DNA of 64,000 nucleotides, from assembly GCA_019720975.1 (NCBI GenBank), contig JAGVSJ010000009.1, positions 4,065 to 68,064 on the forward strand. The letters run 5' to 3'. Below are positions 35,101 through 43,890 of this stretch, piece after piece; the stretch's first letter is position 1; each line of letters opens with the position of its first letter. The DNA comes from Candidatus Sysuiplasma superficiale (GTDB lineage Archaea; Thermoplasmatota; Thermoplasmata; Sysuiplasmatales; Sysuiplasmataceae). The notes beneath the pieces are model-generated. The model was not told the DNA's origin. It did no database searches and saw only the letters and a list, made by a program, of their open reading frames with translations. A program made the position numbers and the translations under genes.

Positions 35101-36348
35101 TCAGGCAAATACCTTTCTGACCTCATCGAGTGCGTCGATAAGGGCATCAACATCCCTCTTCCCGTTGTAAAGATAGAAGGATGCGCGCGACGCTGATGAT
35201 ATTCCAAGCCTTTCCATCAGTGGTTGGGCACAGTGGTGTCCTGACCTGATGGAAACGCCCCTTCTTCCCAGTATTTCGGCAGTGTCATGCCCATGGACCC
35301 CTTTCAGGTTGAAGGCGATTACACCGCTCCTCTGCTCGATATCGTGTGGCCCGTATATCTCTATGTCATCTGATTCACCCAGGCGCGACAGCGCGTAGGA
35401 AATAAGATGCCTGTCGTATCTTTCAACATTCTCCATTCCAATGGCAGAGAGATAGTCCACCGCAGCCCCCAGACCGATTGCCCCTATTATGTTTGGCGTC
35501 CCGGCTTCGAATTTATATGGCGGCACATTCCACGTGCATCCGTTCTGGTGAACCTCACTTATCATTTCGCCGCCTCCAAGTGCCGGTTCAATCTTTCTGA
35601 GGAGATCGTACCTTCCATAAAGTGCACCAATGCCTGTAGGTGCCAGCATTTTGTGGCCCGAAAGTGCAAAGAAATCGCAGCCGATCTTCCTGACATCTAC
35701 TGGTATGTGTGGTGCCGACTGTGCTCCGTCCACAATCAGGAGGGATGAATTGTCATGAGCCATATCGGCTATTTCCCTTACCGGATTTATTGTACCGAGA
35801 ACGTTGGAAACATGAGCGACTGAAACTATCTTTGTCCTCCCCGTAAGCTTTGTGGCAAAATCGTCCATGTCAATCTGCCCCTCACTGTCGATATCTGCAA
35901 ACTTAAGCCTCACTCCCTTCCAAGAGAGCATCTGCCATGGGACAACGTTTGAATGATGTTCCATTACTGTGGTGAGCACCTCATCCCCCGGCTTGAGCTG
36001 CCAGATGCCCAGGCTCAGTGCAAGCACATTCAGCGCCTCTGTGGTGCCACGAAGGAATACGATCTCATCGGCAGATTCTGAATTGATGAAGCCCGCAACT
36101 TTCTTTCTCGCCCCTTCATAACGCTCGGTTGCATCCTCGCTGAGGGGGTAAATGCCGCGGTGGACATTCGCATTGTATTTTCTTTCAAACTCGCAAACAG
36201 CATCAATGACCTGCCTGGGCTTCTGGCTGGTGGCCGCACTGTCAAGATACACCAGTCCCTCCTTTCTCTCTGAAAAGATGGGGAAATCCGCCGCAAGCGG
36301 CGAAATGTCAGGCAGCGCATCAGGAAGCTTGGTGACCACTCGCATCAC
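35101..36348 (-). CDS. sufS: cysteine desulfurase, SufS type (class II)
   Basis: SGHKMLAPTGIGALYG (PLP Lys), RSGHHCAQPL (active-site Cys loop) and the overall SufS/CsdA pattern. Confidence 0.92.
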   Translation of the reverse strand: MMRVVTKLPDALPDISPLAADFPIFSERKEGLVYLDSAATSQKPRQVIDAVCEFERKYNANVHRGIYPLSEDATERYEGARKKVAGFINSESADEIVFLRGTTEALNVLALSLGIWQLKPGDEVLTTVMEHHSNVVPWQMLSWKGVRLKFADIDSEGQIDMDDFATKLTGRTKIVSVAHVSNVLGTINPVREIADMAHDNSSLLIVDGAQSAPHIPVDVRKIGCDFFALSGHKMLAPTGIGALYGRYDLLRKIEPALGGGEMISEVHQNGCTWNVPPYKFEAGTPNIIGAIGLGAAVDYLSAIGMENVERYDRHLISYALSRLGESDDIEIYGPHDIEQRSGVIAFNLKGVHGHDTAEILGRRGVSIRSGHHCAQPLMERLGISSASRASFYLYNGKRDVDALIDALDEVRKVFA

Positions 36349-36650
36349 ACATCCACATAAATTTCGTTGCCATCAACCCTTACACTGTATGTCCTGAGAG
36401 GTTCGGTTGCAGGAGGGTTTTCAACCTCGCCAGTCTCCACATTGAATCTGGAAAGATGAAGAGGACACACTATTGAATTGCCTGAGAGTATCCCTCTTGA
36501 AAGGTCGGCGTCCTCATGCGTGCAGGTCGAATCCAGCGCATGGAAGCTGTCACCGAGACGTATTATCATTATTTGGGAGCCGTCAATTTCAACCTTCCTC
36601 ACGTTGCCTGATGAGAAGTCTTCTGTCGAGGCAGCTCTCCTGAAGGTCAA
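36345..36650 (-). CDS. Rieske [2Fe-2S] ferredoxin-like protein
   Basis: CTHEDADL...CPLH (CxH...CxxH). TTG start 6 nt after the sufD stop. Its stop overlaps the sufS start. Confidence 0.85.
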   Translation of the reverse strand: MTFRRAASTEDFSSGNVRKVEIDGSQIMIIRLGDSFHALDSTCTHEDADLSRGILSGNSIVCPLHLSRFNVETGEVENPPATEPLRTYSVRVDGNEIYVDV

Positions 36651-36656
36651 GGATCA

Positions 36657-38099
36657 TCACCTGTACTTGTAGTGGCCTTCGAAGATATTCTCACCAGGGG
36701 ACTTTATCTGATCTTTGACATATTTTTCGAATTCGAGCTCATCGAGATGGCGCGACGACTGTATCGAAATCGCATTATTCCACTTGTCCTCTATCTGGAA
36801 GCGCAACTTGTCACGTACCGCATCTATTGGTATCCTTGAAATTACAGGATCGAAGAAACCAAGGACAAGGAGTTTTTCCGCATCGTTCCTTTCTATCCCT
36901 CTGGTCTGAAGGTAGTAAAGCTGCTGTTCATCCATCTGGGAAACGGAGGCTGAATGTGTTGCCTTCACACCGTTTGTGAGTATCTCCAGCCCGGGTATCG
37001 CATCGCATTTTGAGTCCCTGCTCAACAGCATCCCGTGTTCAGCAAGGTAAGCGCTGGTATTGGATGCCTTTTCGCCTATCCTTATCATTCCGCGCAGGAG
37101 TGCCCTCGATCTGTCGCGCAGAACGCTTCTGACAGTGACCCTTCCACTTGTAGACTCCACATTGTGGTGCAGGTCTGTGACAATGTCAAACTTCTGTTTG
37201 CCTCCCGAAAAGAGTATTTCGTAATCATCTGTGGAAGCTCCCTGGCCCTCAAAATCTGTGTCAGACCTTGCCCTTGTTATGTCACCACCCATATAGCTTG
37301 AGACCCAGTGCATCCTGCTCTCACGCATTGCAATGGCACGTTTGTTTGAAAGATAGACAGTCCCAGCCGAGAGATTCTCAAGTGAAGCGTGATGCAGTTC
37401 AGCACCATGGGAAAGGTGGACGTCGGTTACGGAAGAGTAAAGGGACAGGCCGCTGACACCCTCCTCAGAATATATCTCTTCGATGACATTCGCGCTGCTT
37501 CCTTCCTCCAGACGAACTATGTTCTGGTGGAAGCCCGCCTTCCCCGCACCATTTTCTATGTATACCACATGAACTGGTGCTTCCAGATGCGTGTTTCTTG
37601 GAACATAGAGGAAATAGCCTGAGGTGAAGAAGGCGTTGTTCAGTGCAACGTATATGTCATCCTCCGGCTTAAGGCCCTTAAGCCTGAAGGATTCTTCTGC
37701 AATGTCGGCATGTTTTGCCACAGCATCCTTCATCTCCTCAAAAATGACGCCGCGTGGAAGAGATTTTGACCGGTAGAACGCACCACCATAGTGTATCATG
37801 AAGATACTCTTTCCCTCCTCACCCGCAAGCTCCACATACCTTTCCGGCACGGCTGGTAACTCCGAAGGCACTTTCGCGGGCGTGAGTCCGGAGGCGTCGA
37901 ATCTGGTAAGTGACTCATACTTTGTGTACAGTGGATTCGGTTCAGGCCTTGACTGGCGGAAAACAGCAAGGGAGCGTCTCCTGTACTCAGAAAGCCATGC
38001 GGGTTCCATGTTGAATGAGGGGAGCTCGGATTCTCCCGTGTTCATTATGTCCTGTGTCATTGCTGTCATGGCAGACTGGCACCTCCTTCGAAATTTCAC
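36657..38099 (-). CDS. sufD: Fe-S cluster assembly protein SufD
   Basis: SufB/SufD beta-helix family, lacking the SufB N-terminal Cys region. The GTG start overlaps the sufB stop (GTGA). Confidence 0.85.
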   Translation of the reverse strand: MKFRRRCQSAMTAMTQDIMNTGESELPSFNMEPAWLSEYRRRSLAVFRQSRPEPNPLYTKYESLTRFDASGLTPAKVPSELPAVPERYVELAGEEGKSIFMIHYGGAFYRSKSLPRGVIFEEMKDAVAKHADIAEESFRLKGLKPEDDIYVALNNAFFTSGYFLYVPRNTHLEAPVHVVYIENGAGKAGFHQNIVRLEEGSSANVIEEIYSEEGVSGLSLYSSVTDVHLSHGAELHHASLENLSAGTVYLSNKRAIAMRESRMHWVSSYMGGDITRARSDTDFEGQGASTDDYEILFSGGKQKFDIVTDLHHNVESTSGRVTVRSVLRDRSRALLRGMIRIGEKASNTSAYLAEHGMLLSRDSKCDAIPGLEILTNGVKATHSASVSQMDEQQLYYLQTRGIERNDAEKLLVLGFFDPVISRIPIDAVRDKLRFQIEDKWNNAISIQSSRHLDELEFEKYVKDQIKSPGENIFEGHYKYR

Positions 38100-39502
38100 C
38101 CTACTGAACCTGTCATCTCAAGCTGTATAAGCCTATTCAGCTCCACCGCGTACTCCATTGGCAATTCCTTCGAGAAGACATCGAGAAAACCCATGACTAT
38201 CATGTTGAGAGCGTCTGCTTCCGTGAGTCCCCTTGACATGAGGTAGAAAAGCTGTTCCTCGCTTATCTTGCCTACAGTTGCCTCATGCGTGGTTGAGGCT
38301 GTCTCCTCATTGATTGTATTGTACGGATAAGTGTCGGTCCTCGACTTTTCATCAAGCAGGAGGGCGTCGCACCTAACACTGCTCTTTGAGTTGTGTGCAC
38401 CTTTTTCAATGTGCAGAAGGCCACGGTAGGTAGTCCTGCCTCCATCCTTGCTCACGCTCTTCGATGTTATTCTCGATGTTGTTTCAGGCGCAAAATGCAG
38501 TATCTTCGCGCCTGCATCCTGATGCTGCCCTCTACCTGCAAATGCAATTGAAATGACCTCACCCTTGGCTCTCGGTCCGAGGAGATACACGGAAGGGTAT
38601 TTCATTGTCAGCTTCGAACCGATGTTGCCATCTATCCACTCCACCGTTGCATCTTCGTGTGCGAACGCCCTCTTTGTTACCAGGTTATAGACATTGTTTG
38701 ACCAGTTCTGAATGGTTGTGTAGCGAACATACGCTCCCTTCTTCGCTATAATCTCCACAACAGCAGAGTGCAGTGAGTCCTTCGAATAGATGGGTGCGGT
38801 GCACCCTTCGATGTAATGTATCCGACTGTTCTTCTCCGCAACTATCAGTGTCCTCTCGAACTGACCTACACTCTTGGCATTGATTCTGAAATAGGCCTGG
38901 AGAGGGATGTCAACCTCAACACCTTCCGGGACGTAGATGAAGCTCCCACCGCTCCAGACGGCGCTGTTTAGTGCTGCGAATTTGTTGTCCTCGGGCGGAA
39001 TAACAGTGCCGAAATGCTCTCTGAATATGTCAGGGTATTCCTTGAGACCTTCATCCGTCCCAAGGAATATGACGCCCTTCTTGCTGAGATCCTCTCTTAT
39101 CTTATGATATACCACTTCGCTGTCATACTGTGCCCCGACTCCGCCGAGGAATTTCTTCTCTGCCTCAGGTATACCCAGCTTGTCGAATGTCCTCTTGACA
39201 TAGTCAGGAACATCCTCCCAGCTGTCGCTGTTCTTGCCTGAAGGGGCCATGTAATAGTAAATGTCATTGAAATCAATTTCCTTCAGATCGCTTCCCCATG
39301 GCGGAAGAGGCTTCCTGTTGAAAATATCCAGCGATCGGAGTCTGAAATCCCTCATCCACTCCGGTTCCTTCTTGTATCTGGATATGGCTTCCACAACATC
39401 TCTGCTGAGCCCTTTCTGTGTCTGAAACACGTATTTGGCATCCTCATCGTAGAAGCCATACCTGCTGTAGTCACGGTCTATTCCCTGTTCATTCATCACC
39501 AT
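38096..39502 (-). CDS. sufB: Fe-S cluster assembly scaffold SufB
   Basis: Strong SufB pattern ([34 protein letters not shown]...[27 protein letters not shown]). The ORF is open to 39523. ATG 39502 is preceded by AGAGGAAGTGAT. Confidence 0.93.
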   Translation of the reverse strand: MVMNEQGIDRDYSRYGFYDEDAKYVFQTQKGLSRDVVEAISRYKKEPEWMRDFRLRSLDIFNRKPLPPWGSDLKEIDFNDIYYYMAPSGKNSDSWEDVPDYVKRTFDKLGIPEAEKKFLGGVGAQYDSEVVYHKIREDLSKKGVIFLGTDEGLKEYPDIFREHFGTVIPPEDNKFAALNSAVWSGGSFIYVPEGVEVDIPLQAYFRINAKSVGQFERTLIVAEKNSRIHYIEGCTAPIYSKDSLHSAVVEIIAKKGAYVRYTTIQNWSNNVYNLVTKRAFAHEDATVEWIDGNIGSKLTMKYPSVYLLGPRAKGEVISIAFAGRGQHQDAGAKILHFAPETTSRITSKSVSKDGGRTTYRGLLHIEKGAHNSKSSVRCDALLLDEKSRTDTYPYNTINEETASTTHEATVGKISEEQLFYLMSRGLTEADALNMIVMGFLDVFSKELPMEYAVELNRLIQLEMTGSVG

Positions 39503-39553
39503 TTTATCACTTCCTCTTAACATTCATCAAATAGTTCACCTTCATCATTGAAA

Positions 39554-40975
39554 TCAGTAGCGCGGCATTGATGCGTCGACCTTCTCGGCCCATGCATTTA
39601 TACCTCCCTTCAGATTCTTGACCTTTCTGAAGCCTATGTCCTTCAGAAAATTCACGGCATATGCGCTTCTCTGGCCGACCTTGCAGTAGAGTACTATCTC
39701 GTCTGCGGTGTTGAGTTCGTTCACTCTTGCCGGTATATCATTCAGGGGTATCAGCCTGGCTCCCTCTATCCTGCATATGTCCCATTCCTGCGGTTCACGG
39801 ACATCCACCAAAACGATGTTCTCCCCGCTCTTCAGGCGTTTTGCCAGTTCCTCCGCGGTTATTGAGTTCTCATCGTTCTCCCTTTCCGGAGTTATTCCGC
39901 AGAACTGCTCGTAATCAATCAGTTCATGTATTGTCGGCTTCGTGCCACACACTGGGCAGTCAGGATTCTTGCGGAGCTTGAGCTCCTTGAAGCGCATCTT
40001 CATAGCATCGAAGAGCAGCAGCCTCCCTATCAGCGGTTCACCTTCACCGAGTATGAGCTTTATTGCCTCCATTGCCTGCAGTGTGCCGATGGTGCCGGGC
40101 AGTACGCCGACAACACCTCCCTCAGCACACGAAGGCACAAGCCCCGGCGGTGGCGGATTCTCGTAAAGGCACCTGTAGCAGGGCCCTCTCTTTGCGTCAA
40201 AGACAGAAACCTGGCCCTCAAAACGGTATATTGAGCCGTAAACGTTCGGTTTACCCAGCAGGACACATGCATCGTTCACAAGATAGCGTGTCGGGAAATT
40301 GTCTGTTCCGTCAATCACTATATCATACTGTCTTATGATGTCAAGTGCGTTTTCAGATGTCAGCCTGGTTTCGTGCTTGACAACCTGTATGTTGTGGTTT
40401 ATCTCTTTGATCTTCTCTTCTGCAGAATCTATCTTTTTTCTCCCGACGTCCTTCTGCGAATGAATGATCTGCCTCTGCAGGTTGCTGAAATCAACGGTAT
40501 CGAAATCGACTATGCCGAGTGTGCCCACGCCTGCTGCTGCAAGGTAAAGCAGAAGGGGTGAACCCAGTCCGCCTGCTCCAATTACGAGCACTTTCGCCTT
40601 TCTAAGTTTCAGTTGCCCTCCAAGGCCGACCTCAGGAAGCAGGAGATGCCTGCTGTAGCGCTGTATGTCTTCATATGTGAAATCATTTTCAAGGGTGCTC
40701 GAACCGCCCGCAATGGAGGGTATTATTGATATCACATCCCCCTCCTTTACGGCCGTCTTTTCCCTCTCAAGGTACCGTATATCCTCCTCGTTCAGGTACA
40801 CATTCACAAAATTCCTCATTTTTCCGTTTTCATCAAACAGATGGCGCTTCAGCTGAACGCTTGTATCCGCCACTTTGCGCAGGACTTCGTCTACAGATTC
40901 GCCATCAACAACAATCGTATCGCTGTTTCCGACGTATTGTCTAAGGGGTGTCGGTATCATCACCTTAACTTTCAC
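39554..40975 (-). CDS. fusion protein: MoaD/CysO-like beta-grasp (ends ...IPSIAGG) + MoeB/ThiF-type E1 adenylyltransferase + rhodanese
   Basis: Residues 1-91 (VKVKVMIPTPLRQYVG...VNVYLNEEDI...KEGDVISIIPSIAGG) fit the archaeal MoaD/SAMP/CysO pattern with a di-glycine at 90-91 (codons 40703-40708). Next comes RYSRHLLLPEVG, VLVIGAGGLGS, CYRC...SCAEGGVVG...CPVCG (E1), followed by the rhodanese loop CKVGQRS. GTG 40975 is preceded by GGGAGG at 7-nt spacing and overlaps the cysM stop (GTGA). The ORF-track extension to 41077 runs through cysM and is discounted. Confidence 0.85.
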   Translation of the reverse strand: MKVKVMIPTPLRQYVGNSDTIVVDGESVDEVLRKVADTSVQLKRHLFDENGKMRNFVNVYLNEEDIRYLEREKTAVKEGDVISIIPSIAGGSSTLENDFTYEDIQRYSRHLLLPEVGLGGQLKLRKAKVLVIGAGGLGSPLLLYLAAAGVGTLGIVDFDTVDFSNLQRQIIHSQKDVGRKKIDSAEEKIKEINHNIQVVKHETRLTSENALDIIRQYDIVIDGTDNFPTRYLVNDACVLLGKPNVYGSIYRFEGQVSVFDAKRGPCYRCLYENPPPPGLVPSCAEGGVVGVLPGTIGTLQAMEAIKLILGEGEPLIGRLLLFDAMKMRFKELKLRKNPDCPVCGTKPTIHELIDYEQFCGITPERENDENSITAEELAKRLKSGENIVLVDVREPQEWDICRIEGARLIPLNDIPARVNELNTADEIVLYCKVGQRSAYAVNFLKDIGFRKVKNLKGGINAWAEKVDASMPRY

Positions 40976-41904
40976 AGATTCGCCTCCCAAAACCTCTCTC
41001 CAAGGTAGCGCTGCCCACTGTCGGGGAAAACAGTGACCACACTGCACTTTCCCTCCCTCCTGAAAATATCTTCGCAAGCCTTCAATGCGGCTCCGGAACT
41101 CACGCCGAGGAGCAGCCCTTCCTTCCTTGCAGCCGTGATCACCATTCTCTGTGCATCCTCTGTCTTCACATAGATGTGCTCGTCCGCAAGCGTCTCATCG
41201 TAAATGCCGGGCCTTATTGATGAATCCATTCTCTTCAGTCCCTCTATGCCGTGAAGAGGGCTGTCGGGCTCAACAGCCACTGCAGTCAGAGAGGGGATCT
41301 TCTCCTTGAGAAATTTTGCTGTGCCTGTGAACGTGCCTCCTGTTCCAACACCGGCAACGAAATAGTCTATTTTGCCACCGGTCTGCCTGAGTATTTCCTG
41401 ACCTGTTCCGTCATAATGTGCCCTCCAGTTGCTGCTGTTGTTGTATTGGTCTGCATAGTAGTACATGCCCGGATTTTCATCATCAAGCTTTTTCGCTAGT
41501 CTCTGAGCGCCATCGGTCCCCTCCATCGGATCACTGAGAACAACCTCTGCGCCGTACGCCCTCAGCATTTCAAGCTTTTCCTTGCCTATGTTTCGCGGAA
41601 CCACGATGCAGGACCTTATGCCCTTTACCGCACAGATCATCGCGTATGCAATGCCCGTGTTCCCGGATGATGCATCCAGCAAAATCTTCCCGTCCGAAAG
41701 GGAGCCTCTGCGCAGTGCATCTTCGATTATCCTGAGCGCTGCCCTATCCTTCACACTGCCACCGGGATTGAACCATTCTGCCTTTGCATAGAGCTCAGCT
41801 CCGCCCTGCAGTTCCATAATCCTCCCGAGTCTGAGAAGCGGTGTGTTACCTATCTTCGAGAGTATGTCTTCGCCGTACTGCGACTTCAGTTCAGTGCATA
41901 TCAT
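40972..41904 (-). CDS. cysM: CysM-type cysteine synthase / O-phosphoserine sulfhydrylase (PLP fold type II)
   Basis: GNTPLL, PGGSVKDR (PLP Lys), SSGNTG and GVGTGGTFTG. The region QYNNSSNWRAHYDGTGQEI and the loop VEPDSPLHGIEGLKRM align by eye with M. tuberculosis CysM rather than CysK. Confidence 0.8.
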   Translation of the reverse strand: MICTELKSQYGEDILSKIGNTPLLRLGRIMELQGGAELYAKAEWFNPGGSVKDRAALRIIEDALRRGSLSDGKILLDASSGNTGIAYAMICAVKGIRSCIVVPRNIGKEKLEMLRAYGAEVVLSDPMEGTDGAQRLAKKLDDENPGMYYYADQYNNSSNWRAHYDGTGQEILRQTGGKIDYFVAGVGTGGTFTGTAKFLKEKIPSLTAVAVEPDSPLHGIEGLKRMDSSIRPGIYDETLADEHIYVKTEDAQRMVITAARKEGLLLGVSSGAALKACEDIFRREGKCSVVTVFPDSGQRYLGERFWEANL

Positions 41905-42280
41905 TTTTCACGCCTCCGGCAGAGACCGTCTCCTGGAGTGTTTTGAGCGAAAGAGTAGCGCATTTCATCCTCACAGCACTGAGCGGTATATGGAGCATTT
42001 CCTTCACATAATCGGGTGAGAGCCTCTCTATTTCTTCCAACTTCATTCCCTTTATCCTGTCCGTGAGCATTGAAGCGGAGGCCTGGCTTATAGCACATCC
42101 GCGTCCGTCGAACGATACATCCTCGATTATGTCATTTTTTATCTTTAGGTAAATCGTTATGTCGTCACCGCACACAGGATTGTTTCCGTGCCCGAAGAGA
42201 TCGGGATGATCCATCGCCCCCTTATTGTGAGGGCTTTTGTAATGCTCGATTATTTCCTCCTGATAGATGTCGAATCCCAT
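41891..42280 (-). CDS. sufU: SufU/IscU-family (NifU N-terminal domain) sulfur-transfer/scaffold protein
   Basis: Three conserved Cys in NPVCGD, GCAIS and RMKCATLS. Lys rather than His precedes the third Cys, as in SufU. It lacks the long Bacillus SufU insertion. Confidence 0.8.
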   Translation of the reverse strand: MGFDIYQEEIIEHYKSPHNKGAMDHPDLFGHGNNPVCGDDITIYLKIKNDIIEDVSFDGRGCAISQASASMLTDRIKGMKLEEIERLSPDYVKEMLHIPLSAVRMKCATLSLKTLQETVSAGGVKNDMH

Positions 42281-42293
42281 TTTTACACTCCAT

Positions 42294-43058
42294 TCAGTTT
42301 GTCAACTCAGGTTCTCTTAGCCAGTCATATCCCTTCTCCTCAAGTTCCCTGGCGAGTTCCTTTCCTCCGCTCTTCACAATCCTTCCGTCAACCACGACAT
42401 GAACAAATTGCGGCGTGATGTACTGGAGAAGCCTCTGATAATGTGTGACAAGTATGAGGCCGATGTTCGGACCCGCCATCGAGTTTATTGCTGTTGCAAC
42501 TATCTTCAGGGAGTCAATATCCAGGCCGCTGTCTGTCTCGTCCAGTATACCGAACTTTGGCTGGAGTATGGCCATCTGCAGAACCTCAGCCCGTTTCTTT
42601 TCACCGCCGGAAAAGCCCTCATTGAGTGACCGGCCAATGAAATTTTCATCAATGCCGAGCTGATTGACCTTTTCTTTCAGAAGTTTGAAAAATTTAGTCG
42701 GGCTGAGAGGTGAGTTCGGATGTGAACTGTTGTACGCTATCCTGAGGAAATTGCCCAGTCTTACGCCTGGTACCTCTACAGGGTACTGAAAGCCCAAGAA
42801 AAGGCCCGCACGTGCCCTCTTGTCAGCTGTCAATGAGAGTACGTCCTGCCCATCAAGGAGCACCTGCCCTCCGGTGATCTGGTATTTGGGATGTCCCATG
42901 AGCGCATAGCTCATTGTGCTTTTTCCAGAACCGTTGGGGCCCATGATCGCATGGATTTCACCCTGCCTGACTGTGAGATTTATGCCCTTAAGTATCTGTT
43001 TGCCCTCTATACTTACCTTGAGATCTCTGATAACCAGTTCCGATGTCATTGTATTCAT
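42294..43058 (-). CDS. sufC: Fe-S cluster assembly ATPase SufC
   Basis: Walker A GPNGSGKST, signature FSGGEKKR, Walker B ILDETDSGLD and the SufC-typical HYQRLL. Confidence 0.93.
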   Translation of the reverse strand: MNTMTSELVIRDLKVSIEGKQILKGINLTVRQGEIHAIMGPNGSGKSTMSYALMGHPKYQITGGQVLLDGQDVLSLTADKRARAGLFLGFQYPVEVPGVRLGNFLRIAYNSSHPNSPLSPTKFFKLLKEKVNQLGIDENFIGRSLNEGFSGGEKKRAEVLQMAILQPKFGILDETDSGLDIDSLKIVATAINSMAGPNIGLILVTHYQRLLQYITPQFVHVVVDGRIVKSGGKELARELEEKGYDWLREPELTN

Positions 43059-43107
43059 ACCTCACGGAGCCTATCCTTCAACATTCGCTCTATTCGATAA
43101 GGGACAT

Positions 43108-43123
43108 GATATTTAAACATATC
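43108..43123. promoter_or_regulatory. palindrome overlapping the candidate sufC TATA box
   Basis: GATAT-TTAAAC-ATATC has perfect 5-bp arms. On the minus strand it contains TTTAAATA about 55 nt upstream of the sufC ATG. It lies in the sufC/regulator divergent intergenic region. Confidence 0.3.
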
Positions 43124-43158
43124 TTAGTGTCTAAATTGCATAAATTTAATATAGGAAC

Positions 43159-43815
43159 ATGATGGTATATTACCTGACAACGATGGAAAAGGAGCTCTCC
43201 CTTCTAGGTGAATCAAAAACTAAACTGATCACCCTTCTGGGTGAAGGAGAGAAATCCGGACAGGAGCTCGCAAGGCTCATGGGTATCAATACAACGGCCA
43301 TAAGGGAGCATACCGATACACTGGAAAGACTGGGCCTAGTATCTTCAAGGTTTGTTCATCTCGGGGTCGGAAGGCCAAAAAAGATGTATAGGCTGACACC
43401 GGCAGGAATTGAACTCCTGCCAAAGCACTATGATGAACTTCTCAATCTTCTGCTCAGAAAGATTCATGACAAAGGCGGTAACATACTCCTGAGCCAGCTA
43501 ATATCGGATGTTGTTAGGGAGTTCAAGTCCGAGTGTGATGAATGTCAGTCCGAGACGCTGGAAAAGCGCATTGAAAACGCTGTAAACTTCCTCAACAAAC
43601 TTGGGTTCATGGCCACGGTTGAAAGGGACGGGGGTAAAACGTTTGTAGTAAGGCATAACTGCATTTTCAACAAGACGGCGAAGCTGTATTCGGGAATACT
43701 GTGCAGCGAATGTGATACATCTTTTGTGAAGGAACCAATAGGGAGCTCAAATATTGAGCTTATCTCCTGCATAGGAAAGGGGGACACATCCTGCAGGAAT
43801 CTTATAAAATCCTAG
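43159..43815 (+). CDS. SufR-like (COG2345/ArsR-type) wHTH regulator with Cys-rich C-terminal domain
   Basis: wHTH with GRPKKMYRLTPAG..LLPKHY, typical of COG2345 regulators such as cyanobacterial/actinobacterial SufR. The C-terminal domain carries five Cys (HNC, CSEC, SC, SC). It is divergent from sufC. Confidence 0.6.
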   Translation: MMVYYLTTMEKELSLLGESKTKLITLLGEGEKSGQELARLMGINTTAIREHTDTLERLGLVSSRFVHLGVGRPKKMYRLTPAGIELLPKHYDELLNLLLRKIHDKGGNILLSQLISDVVREFKSECDECQSETLEKRIENAVNFLNKLGFMATVERDGGKTFVVRHNCIFNKTAKLYSGILCSECDTSFVKEPIGSSNIELISCIGKGDTSCRNLIKS

Positions 43816-43890
43816 TAGTTCGGTGCGGAGGTCGAAGAACACTAATTCGAAACGTGTAAAATAAGTGTTTTATACCATTGGAGACCATTT

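Noticed and set aside
40976-41077. N-terminal 34-aa extension of the Ubl-E1 ORF given in the ORF track
   Set aside because: It runs through the 3-prime end of cysM in another frame and has no homology. GTG 40975 has a GGGAGG Shine-Dalgarno at correct spacing and yields a canonical MoaD-like N-terminus (MKVKV...).
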